DNA from: Eledone cirrhosa | Taxonomy: Eukaryota | Length of the DNA stretch: 64,000 bases | Direction: 5' to 3' | Assembly: GCA_964016885.1 (NCBI GenBank) | Contig: OZ024740.1 | Span: 26,040,001 to 26,104,000, forward strand | Shown here: positions 1 to 16,158 of the stretch, in pieces | How positions within the stretch are numbered: position 1 is the stretch's first letter | Layout of the letters: each line of letters starts with the position of its first letter | Notes under the pieces: model-generated | What the model was told of the DNA's origin: nothing | Seen by the model: the letters and a program-made list of their open reading frames with translations, nothing else | Database searches by the model: none | Program-made: the position numbers and the translations under genes

Positions 1-29
1 GTGTCTGCGTGTGCGGTGGAGGATGTCCT

Positions 30-560
<531 letters not shown>

Positions 561-599
561 ATATATATAACCAATGGTTAATATGGTTCGTTGACTAAT

Positions 600-2745
<2,146 letters not shown>

Positions 2746-2792
2746 TTAATCTCCTATACAGTTGAGCAACTAATTCAGCATACGCTTCTAAA

Positions 2793-5291
2793 ATGGAAAG
2801 GCACCAATGGGATATGTCGTTAAAAAACATACCTATTCAGGCAAAAAGGGAATATATTCTAGGTATGATACGAAGGACCAATGATTTTATTCGACGAATC
2901 AGATGGAAAACATTCCATTTTGACAAAAGCCGTATAAACCAAACATCGGATCTTAACAAGGATAAATTTGGATTTAAATCTTACAAGAACCCACCCTCAA
3001 ACCCACTTTTGGATGCATTTGAACAAGACCTAATGGATATGATCATGGAGATCAAATTTACAAAACGTAAGAACAATAAACTACAGAATGACATCACGGC
3101 ACTGCTAAAAAACGCCAATGGAGTTATTGTTAGAGCAGACAAAACATCAAACGTATATACCATGGATGTGGACACTTACAATAACTTCATCCGTAAGGAA
3201 TTGCATAAAAAATTCAGGAAAACTAATGAAGCCACACTTAAAAACATCAACAACTCGGCATGTGATATTGTTAAAAAACTTTGTATTGACGATAGAACGC
3301 AACCCTTAACACCAGCTATACCATCCTTCAACCTGAAGGACCACAAGGTAAACTTCGATACTAACCCTAATATTAGACTTATATGCCCCTCTAAATCTGA
3401 TATAGGTAAAATTAGCAAATATATACTAGACAGAATTATCCCCCAAGTTAAGGTTAAAGTAGAGATTAAACTATGGGGTAACACTCATGAAGCAATAAGA
3501 TGGTTTAACAACATTACTGATAAGAAAAAATCAAAATTTATTCAGTTTGATATTGATGAATATTATTCCTCAATTTCACCTGATACTCTACATGAAGCTC
3601 TTTCGTTCGCTAAGGATAATTCCGACCTTACGGATGCTGAAATTAAAATTATTATGGAAGCGAGAAAAACTATAGTTAAATTCGATGATAGCTACTGGGT
3701 TCGCAAAGATAGACCTTCTAATTTTGATATCACTATGGGTTCTAATGATTCGGCGGAGGTAACAGATCTTGTGGGAATTTATATCACCCACAGATTACAA
3801 GGAAAATTCAAGGATCTCCACGGTGGAATTTACCGTGACGACGCGCTCCTATTAGTTAAGAATATGAATAACCAGAATTTAGAAAGGATGCGTAAAAATA
3901 TCAGAAAACTTTTTAAAGAACTAGGATTAAATATTACATTTGAATATAACCTCAAAGAGGTCAATTTCCTTGATGTTACTTTCAATCTCAATACAGATAC
4001 GATTAAACCGTTCCATAAACTAAATGAGAACCTTAAATATGTAAATACGAGTTCTAACCATCCACTCTCTATAATTAAATCCATCCCTAGAAATGTTTCT
4101 CTTAGAATCTCCCGCCTATCGTCCAACCAACAAACCTTCAAAGAACATGCCGAGTATTATGATGATGCACTTAGGAAAGCCGGTCACCTAGATAATTGTT
4201 TCTACTTTAGGCACAAGGCCATCAATTACCCAGTGCATTACTGGTACTTTATTTTATCGACCCCGTATGGATGAAAGGCAAAGTTAACCTCGGTGGGATT
4301 TGAACTCAGACCGCAAAGGGACGTAACTATGCTGGAAAGCATGGCGTCCGACCCTCTACCGATACTGCCAAGCCACCTAGATAATATAGAGTATATAGTC
4401 AATGATCACCAAAACACCCAAAATAAATCACATAGGAGTAGAAATAGCACAGAATCACCACCATACATACACTACCGCAATAGACACAATAATAGTCGCA
4501 CACCACCAAACAGAAGGCGATGTAAGGAGTATATCTGGTACAACCCGGTCTATAACAAATCTATTAAAACCAATCTACCCTCAAAATTCTTTCGATTAGT
4601 TAGAAAACACTTTCCAACATCACATAAATATAATAAAATCTTAAACCCTAACACCATCCGACTTTCATATTCAACCGCCCCTAATATTGAACAACATATA
4701 AAAATGCTTAACGCAAAACGGTTGTATAAACGCCTTCCAACACATAACAATACACGTAAAACATTAGCTATAACATCACAAAACAACAAACAACATCCTG
4801 TCCTACATAAGCAACCTCATCAACCCATCCATGGCAATACAACAACGCAAAATTGTAATTGCAACTGTGTCCAACCAGGAATGTGTCCGTTGAACAATCA
4901 GTGTCTTGAACGCAACATCGTATACAAATGTACTATCGAATCGGATAGACAGAAGTGGTACTATGTGGGATCTACAGCCACCTCCTTTAAATCACGCCTT
5001 TATAGACATCGTTATTCGATAAAACATGAAAACCAGCGTTATGTAACAACACTCGCAGACAAGGCTTGGCAGCTGCGTGAAAATAACCAACAATTTCACC
5101 TAAAATGGGATATAATAGCGTCTGCCCCCCCATATTTCAATGGACAGGAATTTTGTAGATTATGTAATGTAGAATTATTTTGTATTATGAAATCCAAAAA
5201 CATTTTATTAAATAACAGAATAGAGCGATCGTTATACTGTAACCATCGCTTAAAATCTACATTTTCATATTATAAATACTACCAGGATTGA
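2793..5291 (+). pseudogene. PLE reverse transcriptase / GIY-YIG endonuclease ORF interrupted by a SINE (769 aa when the insertion is removed)
   Basis: SLKNIP N-terminus, FDIDEYYSSI, MGSNDSAE and YRDD RT motifs; WYNP, CNC..CPLNNQCL, IVYKC..YYVGST..R..H GIY-YIG; ORFs 2793 and 4293 share a frame. Confidence 0.9.
4197..4373 (-). mobile_element. tRNA-derived SINE inserted in the PLE ORF
   Basis: A box TGGCAGTATCGG and B box GAGTTCAAATCCC on the minus strand; 12-bp TSD CACCTAGATAAT at 4185-4196 and 4374-4385. Confidence 0.92.
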
Positions 5292-5931
5292 ACGCCTGTC
5301 TCTATCCCCGTTTGATTGTCAAAATAGATATGAACATTCTTTATTAGTCTTAATTCTATCAACTCTTCTATTATTTACCTTTTAATACAAACTGCTATAG
5401 ATAAAATGAGATTTCTGATTTTTTTATTCAATTCCCTAGTGCAAATACCAGCTGACTACTAGCATTGATGTTATTTAGTAGCAACCGAAATCTCCCCCTT
5501 CCCCAATTGACACTTTATGATTAATACTACTGCACCAAATGACCAGCCCTGTCCACTGTCCAGTTGGTCAAGTAGAGATTAAAATCGGCACCCCCAAAAT
5601 TCTTATTTAGATTTACTCATGGTATTCTCATTAAAAACCCATTATATACTTGTTTAGCAGTAAATTATTTTACCATCTGTCATATTCTATCCCCTCTGTT
5701 CCTTCCTCTTTTACTAATATAAATACTTCAATTTTTCTGATTTTATCCAGTTTATCCAAAATCTCTGAAGAAGTGACAACTGATTATACATTTGCTATCG
5801 AATACTTGCTAACATTATATGATTACGCAAGCAGCGATACATAGGTATTCGGTCTGTTACAGAAACATATGTCAATACCTAATAAATTCCTTTTTTTAAC
5901 AAAAGCACTTTCATTTTATATTCATCCTTTC

Positions 5932-5965
<34 letters not shown>

Positions 5966-6035
5966 TATATACATACAACATCTCGGTTCATTTGTTCTTA
6001 TACATATATATATATATGTGTGTGTGTATATATAC

Positions 6036-6130
<95 letters not shown>

Positions 6131-6142
6131 GTATGTATATAT

Positions 6143-6322
<180 letters not shown>

Positions 6323-7447
6323 AAGAACAAATGAACCGAGATGTTGCATGTGATAGCGTCACGTAAGGTTTTCTAAGTTATATGAATGTGTGGTAGAGTG
6401 AAGCTGAGATTGAGTGTTATCATGGCGTTCGTGTGGTAATATATTGACGTGTTTAAATAACAACAGTACTGTGGTGAGTAATTTAGGGGCTTGATGATCA
6501 ACTCGCGTCCTGTTCCATGACGTACTAGTGTGGAGGCGGTGCCTGTGTGATTGAGCGCTGCATCAGTTTTACGCTTGTGTAGTGGCTCAAGGGAGTGATG
6601 GTGAGGTTGCTTGATTATGTGACTTTGAATTGCTTTCATGTTGTAGCAGTGTAGTGGTGTGTTAAATCATTCATGTGATGGTGAGATGCTTTATCGCTTC
6701 TGTAGTGTTAGTGTGTGGTGAGTCTTCTAAAGAACTTCTAAACAGGAATCGCCATATCAGGAATTGCAATCAGATTGAAGGGAAGCAAGAAGTGGAATAA
6801 ACAGACAGACAAGAAAATTTATCAGAAGTCCACATAGATGACCTTCACCTTGACAACCATTCGTCTTGTGAGTTGAAGGACTAGACCTGTGTCGAAGCTG
6901 CCATTGATCTCTCGTTTGTTCCAGAAGGTCAATATATGATGATAGGTCAAAGATCATATCGATTATTGGATTTAACTGGCTTCCGTTGCTTCATTAATGC
7001 TTGATTATCGAATTTTTAACTATGAATGGTGGACAAAGAGGTTTGGGGAATATCGGGGGGATTGATTTTGTTTGATTGTAGGAGGGGTAAGAGAGTTGAT
7101 AGTGGTAGCATGATAGTGTTAGTGGCAAGGGTTAAGGGACATTAGTGGGGTGGTTTACTGGAGATGAAGGACTTTCGATGGGTCAGATTATGAAACATGA
7201 AAGCAAATCGTATGGGACAAGCGATACGCGTGTGTATACATGATAGAATTACATTATGTTTATATCACTATATATGTGTATGCATGACCGAATGTGAATG
7301 AACGTGTTTGTATGTGTGTGTGAGCGGATTTGTGTGTGTGACGGCGTATGTGTATGTATGTGGGCATTTTGATGTCTAAAACTCTGAATACGTAGATGTA
7401 AATGTGATAGAATGTTTGTAAGGACGAACAATGCTATTTCACACACG

Positions 7448-7546
<99 letters not shown>

Positions 7547-7764
7547 TATATATCATAAATTATGTCCAAAGAATCATTTGATAAAATATATACACTATGT
7601 CCTCTCCCAATTAGCATAATTAACCACATAAAAAATCAATTAGACCAGGCTATGAGAATAAAAGCTCCTATGAAGAAATATTTGATAAATAAACAAAGCG
7701 GCCACTTCGCGGGTGACCGCAACACAATATTTACCCAACATTTCAACAGCGTGTAGAAATTGAC

Positions 7765-8080
7765 TAAATATGGTTTTATAAATATAGTTTCCATTTATTT
7801 AATATCAATTGAATACTTACTCCAGAAATATGTCGAATGCTTTGAATCAGTTGTAAACATATATATATATATATATTTAATTGTTGGAAATCCAACAAAT
7901 ATATATGTTTACAACTGATTCAAAGCACTCGACATATTTCTGGAGTAAGTATTGAATTGATATTAAATAAATGGAAACTATATTTATAAAACCATATTTA
8001 TTTTATTATATATATTTCATGGGTACCAAAAATGTTGGTACGTTATCATCAGATAAAATACAAAATGTTTTATAAATATT
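7765..8080. mobile_element. Family B fold-back element, arms facing a central (TA)n
   Basis: 7765-7862 is inverted to 7893-8000; shares AAATGGAAACTATATTTATAAAACCATATTT with 23406-23752 and 34122-34843. Confidence 0.75.
7999..8060 (-). ncRNA. Hammerhead ribozyme candidate (family B)
   Basis: Minus strand: TATTTTAT-CTGATGA-..GTACCA/TGGTAC..-GAAA-TATATA-TA-ATAAAATA. Confidence 0.6.
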
Positions 8081-8464
8081 TGACATGACCAAGGATGATA
8101 TACCTTAACGGTTCAAGTTAGATAAGCTTATCTATCATATATGTGGGTTCGTCAAATCCTTACAAGAGAAATTTCACTCACTGAAACCACAAGGTTTTTA
8201 GTGAATAAACTTAAGATATCACATGGATTAGTTCCAACTGCACATAACCTTTCCTCAAGTATAGCAGAGAAGTTTTTTTTTTCTTCTTACTTGGTTTGCA
8301 GTCTCTAAAATGTGTGATGAGCGCTGCATCTCTTACATTGATTATACAATACATAAATGTATACATATACACACATACAAACACACACACATACATACAT
8401 ACATACATACATACATACATACATACATACATACATACATACATACATACATACATACATACAT

Positions 8465-8497
<33 letters not shown>

Positions 8498-8559
8498 TAT
8501 ATATAAATGGAAAAGAATGAAACGAAATTTCTTTTCTCACTCTTAGTACGGCTGATACT

Positions 8560-9118
8560 TAAATGTAAGTATGTATGTATACGTACATACATATATGTAT
8601 ACAGACGTACAGTATTATGTATATATATACATACATGCACATATATATATATATGTACGTATGGGTTTACCGGACATATATTATGATGTTGGGTTTGTTT
8701 GTAAACAAACAAACAGCCCGCATTACGCCATTCAATGTTCAGGCACCCATCATCGCCTTCTTTTTTTGTTCAACACTGACACAGGAACGATGTACTAGTT
8801 TCAAGCGTATTAGCTATCGTCAACATCGTATACTTCCTGCCAGATGATTGAAAGTCTGAAAGTATATACTTTCCTTATGCATAAAACCATATAATCGTTC
8901 CTGTGTCAGTGTTGAACAAAAAGGCGACGATGGTTGCCTGAACACTGTACGGCGCAATTCGGGCTGTTTGTTTGTTTACAAACAAACCCAAGATTATAAT
9001 AAATGTTCGGTAAACCCATACGTACATATATATATGTGTGTGCATATATGTATATATATACATACTACTATACGTCTCTATACATATATCTATGTACGTA
9101 TACATACATACTTACATT

Positions 9119-9120
<2 letters not shown>
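8560..9120. mobile_element. Fold-back element (arms 8560-8791 and 8894-9120)
   Basis: ~230-bp inverted arms; right end abuts (TA)n. Confidence 0.8.
8787..8829 (-). ncRNA. Minimal hammerhead candidate with C3U core change
   Basis: Minus strand: ACGATG-TTGACGA-tAGC TAATAC GCTt-GAAA-CTAG-TA-CATCGT. Confidence 0.6.
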
Positions 9121-9198
<78 letters not shown>

Positions 9199-9230
9199 TA
9201 TATATATGTATATATATGTTACACCCTCCT

Positions 9231-9341
9231 GTATTCCGATGATTTGATCAGAGACACACACTGTATTTAAAGTCGAGTGACGCAATTTCAAGTGATCAGC
9301 AGCTTTTAGACTCACCTGATCAATGAAACAATTGTTAATAC
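9231..9341 (+). ncRNA. Hammerhead candidate with CCGAUGA core and extended stem II
   Basis: GTATT-CCGATGA-tTTGATCAG..CTGATCAAt-GAAA-CAATTG-TT-AATAC. Confidence 0.65.
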
Positions 9342-9903
9342 TGTAAATAAAACCCTTTTTGTACAGCCGACTATGTTATTCTTCACTCTTTCACTACTAT
9401 TACTCCAAGAATGACCTGCCTGGGAATTCTCGCAAACTCGCTACGTAACTAAGAAAACCTCTTTTTTAGTCAAACAAAGCCGTACGTTAAAACTATCCAT
9501 AGTACAGAGTACTCACAACCTAAAAGGATAACTTATCATCACATACATACAATCACACACACACACACACACATGTATCTATATATATATATAAATGAAA
9601 AATAAAGAAATGAAAAATAGAGAAATTAATGTAAGCAAGAAGCCAACAGTAATTCAGACATATAAGTGACTATTACGTCAAGATGAAAAATATTTAACAT
9701 AAGATATGGGAAAATAATTTAATCCCAATTCAAAACAAGTCAAGACCAAAAGTTTTATCCACAGATTTTGTGTAATCCGGGGAAGAAACCAATAGAATCT
9801 TAACTCAAAATAAAATTAAGAGTAAATACCTATCCGTCAATTTGGAAAAATCTACAAATGCACTATATAGTCTTAAAAAGACTATTTCACGAACTTTTAC
9901 ACG

Positions 9904-9957
<54 letters not shown>

Positions 9958-10859
9958 CGTGTAACATCGTATAAATTCACATTTACTTCCTGAACCTAAC
10001 TTTTACACATAGTTCCGTCATTGTTTTGGAATTTTATACAGATATCATAATCTGGATTATGATACCTGTTTTATGATTTCACTTCATTCATCTCAAAAAA
10101 AAAATTGCATTTTTTTAAATTGCGCGAGTCAATGTGGACCATTGTATCTGGTCATAGTACATATTAGCTAATAATATAGATAGATTAAATCTCCATCATA
10201 TAGCACCGTATCATTGTTAATAACAATGTACCATTGTATAACGGAGCTATAGATACACACTCTTAGAAAATATATGAAGTAAAACACGACAAAAATACAA
10301 AGAAAATGGGATTAAATACCTTTATTCATACATCTGCTAGATAAAGACTGAATCATTTAACATCAACAATAACAGTAACAACAACAACAGTATGGGCAGG
10401 TGGTGTGTTATCTGCATATTTATTTTACATTTAAAATTTCAGATACGATTTCATGAATGACTGAATCAGTTGTTCTAAAACTGCTTGAAATCCACCCATT
10501 AATAATCTCACGAACAAGAATATATACATATGTTGTAAATAGACGAGGAATAATATAAAAAATAATGAAGTAGCAGACACTCAAATCAACTGAAAGTGTT
10601 GTAATAGAAGACAAAATAAAAGAAATTGAAACAACGGTAGTCTAAGTAACTAGATTTCATGTGCTAGAACAAATTGTAACGAAGGGGTTAAGTAAACTGT
10701 AACACAAATAACAGTTGTCATACACACCTAATTTATTAGGGTTTTATTGTTTTAATATATATATTTTATTTTATTACATTTTTTCAGCTTCAAATTATTT
10801 TCCAGCGAAATTCTCCTTTCGATGATGTTTCACTAATTCAGCAGCACTTAATTCACATA

Positions 10860-11320
10860 CACTCTTAAACATACATACACATGCATACACATTCACATTC
10901 ACACACACACATACAGACACATACTCTCTTAAACATACATACACATGCATACACATTCACATTCATACACACACATACAGACACATACTCTCTTAAACAT
11001 ACATACACATGCATACACATTCACATTCACACACACACATACAGACACATACTCTCTTAAACATACATACACATGCATACACATTCACATTCACACACAC
11101 ACATACAGACACATACTCTCTTAAACATACATACACATACATACACATTCACATTCACACACACACATACAGACACATACACTCTTAAACATACATACAC
11201 ATACATACACATTCACATTCACACACACACATACAGACACATACACTCTTAAACATACATACACATACATACACATACATACACATTCACATTCACACAC
11301 ACACATACAGACACATACAC
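10860..11320. repeat. 64-bp minisatellite, ~7 copies
   Basis: TTAAACATAC recurs at 10865, 10929, 10993, 11057, 11121, 11185, 11249. Confidence 0.9.
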
Positions 11321-11466
11321 GCACATACACATAAGCAAGGAGACATACATACATATACCTATATATATATATATGTATGTATATATACCTACAAATACAC
11401 ACATACACACACATACATATATATATATATAAATAAATATAAACATATATATATATATACATATTC

Positions 11467-11564
<98 letters not shown>

Positions 11565-11602
11565 ATATATAAATATAATATATATATATATATATGTATA
11601 TA

Positions 11603-11718
<116 letters not shown>

Positions 11719-12072
11719 CTCTGTTGTATATATTAAGGTTTCTTTCTATTCGATTTTCGATTTTCTTTTGTCGATGCTTCACAATCGTGTATCCATTAAA
11801 CCATTGTACGAACAAATTAGATTATCACAGATACACCTCATCTTCACTCACAAATATCTCCTTCTCTTTCTTTCGTTCCTTTTTTCCTTCTTTCTTTCTT
11901 ACTTTCTTTCCTTCCTTCTTTCTTACTTTCTTTCTTTCTTTCCTTCTTTTCTATTTCATTTCTTTCAATATATTATTTTCCGCCGCCTGTCATTCTTCAT
12001 ATGTACTTTCACCTCCGCCTCCTCCTCCTCCTCCATCCCCATATCTTCTTCTTCTTCTTCTTCTTCTTCTTC

Positions 12073-12161
<89 letters not shown>

Positions 12162-12193
12162 TACCGATATACTCATTCACACAAATATATATA

Positions 12194-12260
<67 letters not shown>

Positions 12261-12271
12261 ATATATATATG

Positions 12272-12302
<31 letters not shown>

Positions 12303-12324
12303 CTATATATATCTATATATATAG

Positions 12325-12356
<32 letters not shown>

Positions 12357-12464
12357 TCTCAGCTACTCTACATGTTCATGTCTGTTCTATCTCTATGTTC
12401 CTCATTTTGATTGTATTTATTTCGTCTTTCAATTCCAAGTCTTTCTTAGATTCTAGTCTAGTCA

Positions 12465-13665
12465 TTACATCACCATCATCACCATCATCACCACCATCAC
12501 CATCACCATCACCATCACCATCACCATCATCACCATCATCACCACCATCATCATCATCACCACCATCACCATCACCATCATCATCATCACCACCATCACC
12601 ATCACCATCACCATCACCATCACCATCACCATCACCATCACCATCACCATCACCATCACCATCACCATCGCCATCAATATCACCATCATCATCACCATCA
12701 CCATCATCATCACCACCATCACCATCACCATCATCATCATCACCACCATCACCATCACCATCACCATCACCATCATCATCATCATCATCATCACCATCAC
12801 CACCATCACCATCACCATCACCATCACCATCACCATCACCATCATCATCATCATCATCATCATCATGACCATCATCACCATCACCATCATCATCACCATC
12901 ACCATCATCATCACCACCATCACCATCACCATCATCATCATCACCACCATCACCATCATCACCATCACCATCACCATCACCATCACCATCATCACCATCA
13001 CCATCACCATCATCACCATCATCACCATCACCATCACCATCACCACCATCATCACCATCACCATCACCATCACCATCATCATCACCATCATCACCATCAT
13101 CACCATCACCATCATCATCACCACCATCATCATCACCATCACCATCACCAACATCATCATCATCATCACCATCACCATCACCACCATCATCATCACCATC
13201 ACCCTCACCATCACCATCATCACCATCACCATCACCATCACCATCACCATCACCATCATCATCATCACCATCACCATCACCATCATCATCATCATCATCA
13301 TCACCCTCATAACTACCATTATCATCACCATCTTCATCATCACCATCATCACCATCATCACCATCACCATCATCATCATCATCATCACCATCACCATCAC
13401 CATCATCACCATCACCATCACCATCATCACCATCAACATCCCCATCATCACCATCACCATCATCACCATCAACATCCCCATCATCACCATCATCACCATC
13501 ACCATCATCACCACCACCACCATCATCACAATCATCATCATCACCATCAGCATCACCATCACTACCATATTCATCATCATCAGCATCATCTTCATCATCA
13601 CCACCACCATCACCATCATCACCATCACCGTCACCATCACCACCAACTTCATCATCATCATCATA
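12465..13665. repeat. (CAT/CAC)n compound trinucleotide array
   Basis: Directly visible; also (GAT)n at 12073-12160. Confidence 0.95.
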
Positions 13666-13702
13666 ACGTCCCATTCCTTCTTACAATTTCTATGTGGTAG
13701 TC

Positions 13703-13821
<119 letters not shown>

Positions 13822-13924
13822 CGAAAATGTATTTTGTTTCTTTTCTTTTGTTGGCAATTTATTTATTCCAACTATTTACATTTAAATCAATTATATTCTG
13901 CTGAGAACATTTTAAAAAATTAAA

Positions 13925-14060
13925 CAAAGAAATACATTATTTAACATACATACAACAAATACTATACAAAAGAAATACATTATTTAACATACATACAACA
14001 AATAATATACAAAAGAAATACATTATTTAACATACATACAACAAATAATATACAAAAGAA
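13925..14060. repeat. ~43-bp tandem repeat, 3 copies
   Basis: AAAGAAATACATTATTTAACATACATACAACAAATA repeated. Confidence 0.9.
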
Positions 14061-14168
14061 GATTATAAAATAATATAAAATAAATATAGGAAAAAAATGA
14101 GCAGACATTTAAGTAAACCAGAAGACAGTATATAAAACATGTATTGAAAATATAACAGAACTATAAGA

Positions 14169-14221
<53 letters not shown>

Positions 14222-14222
14222 G

Positions 14223-14306
<84 letters not shown>

Positions 14307-14455
14307 GCATTCTGTAGAATTCCAAGGCTGGGTTTAGCGTTTCGACAACTTCAAAACAATTAAGCACTTAAGATTTTTGCGGGTTTTCTTCTTAAACTAA
14401 CGCATTAAAGTGGATTGTCGTCAGCACTCCCTCGCATAAATGGTGTAATTTTAAC

Positions 14456-15150
14456 GTGGTGGAGGTGGTGGTAGTGGTGGTGGTGGCCGGTCTGGTGGTG
14501 GTGGTGGTGGTGTTGAGTTGATGGTGGTGGTGGTTGTAGTGGTGGTTGTGGTGGTGGTGTTGTGTTGGCGGTGGTGGGGGTGGTGGTGGTAGTGTTGTGA
14601 TGATTGTGGTGTTAGTGGTGATGTTGGTGGTGTTGCTGCTGGTGGTGATGTTGTTGCTCTTGCTGGTGGTGGTGGTGTTGTTGTTGTTGGTGGTCCTGGT
14701 GTGTTGTTGTTATTGTGTTGATGGTGATGGTGGTGTTGGTGGTGTGGTGTTGATGGTGGTGTTGGTTGTGGAGTTGATGGTGGTGGTGGTGTTGTTGTTG
14801 TTGGTGGTGGTGGTGGTGTTGTTTTTTTGTTGTCGTGATGGTGTTGGTGGCGTTTGTGGTGGTGGTGGAAGAGGTAATGGGTGTGGTGGAGGTGATGGTG
14901 GTTGTTTATTGTTGTTTATGGCGTTCCTGCTAATAGTGGTGGTGATGTCGGAGGTTATTGATGTCGTTGTTGTTGTTGTCGTCGTTGATAGTAGCAATCA
15001 ATTTCGATGGCTGTTGTATTGTTGTTGTTATTTTGATGTTGTGTTTGTTGTTAATCTTATTGCTGGTGATGTTGGAGGTGGTGGGGAGTATAATTCGTGG
15101 TTATGAGATAGTTGTTGTTGAATATTTGATATTGTTGTTGTTGTTGTGTT
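14456..15150. repeat. Degenerate (GGT/GTT)n array
   Basis: Directly visible. Confidence 0.85.
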
Positions 15151-15945
15151 GTAAACTCAGCAGATTTCTTCCAGAGAAAGAGAGAATGTGATAGAGAGAA
15201 AAGTTTAGGAATATATAGAGAATCAGAATCAACATCAGTACTTTACTGGTACTTTCGTTGATGGTGGAGTAATTTTATTCGTGGTATTGAGATAGATGTA
15301 GTTTAATATTTGCTGTTGTTTTTGTTGTTGTTGTGGTGGTCTGAACAGGCAATTTCTTCCAGAGGAGAGAATGCGATAGAGATATAAAGTGAGAAATATA
15401 GAGAGAGAAAGAAACAACCAAGTATTTTACTGGTACTTTTTTTTATTGATTTCGAAAGGATAAAATGTCAAAGATGATCTCGGCGGGATTTGAAAACAGA
15501 CAACCAGAAAAATACTGCAAACCATTCCATCCAACATTTAATGACTGATAAATTTCTCTTAACATTGGTGCTGGTTATTGTTGCTGGTGTGATTGTTGTT
15601 GTCTTTGTTGTTGTTGTTTGGAGTAATTTTATTTGTGATATTGCAGTAGTTGTTATATATTTATTGATGTGTTGTCGCTCGTAGTTGTGGTGGCGGTGGA
15701 GGTAATGGTCGTTTTATTGTTGCTGTTGTTTCTTTTTATATTTTTCTATTGTATATTCATACTGTTATTATTGCACGTCACTTGTTGTTTATTTTGGTGG
15801 TGTTTTTGTAGTTGTTGTACGTGTTGTGACATTTGTTTTTGTTATTATTGTTAGTGAAGTTTGCCAGGATTACCCGATGTTACCTATGTTGTTTGTTTTG
15901 GTGGTTTTTCTGGCCTTTTTAAAATATTGTTATATTTATTAAAAT

Positions 15946-16121
15946 TGGCAATATCAATAGAGGGTCGGACGCCATACTTTGACGCATAGAATTACGTCCC
16001 TTTATGGTCTGCGTTCAAATCCCGCCGAGGTTGACTTTGCCATTCATCCTTACGGGGTCGATAAAATAAAGTACCAGTAATGCACTGGTTAATTGCTGGC
16101 CTTGTGATTAAAGTAGAAACA

Positions 16122-16125
<4 letters not shown>
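15946..16125 (+). mobile_element. tRNA-derived SINE with (ATT)n tail
   Basis: GTTCAAATCCCGCCGAGG, CATCCTTACGGGGTCGATAAAATAAAGTACCAG core, AAGTAGAAACAATT end. Confidence 0.85.

Positions 16126-16157
<32 letters not shown>

Positions 16158-16158
<1 letters not shown>

Noticed and set aside
4272-4274. Selenocysteine codon in the PLE ORF
   Set aside because: The UGA lies within the inserted SINE, not at a conserved Cys; the Cys motifs use normal codons and no SECIS was identified
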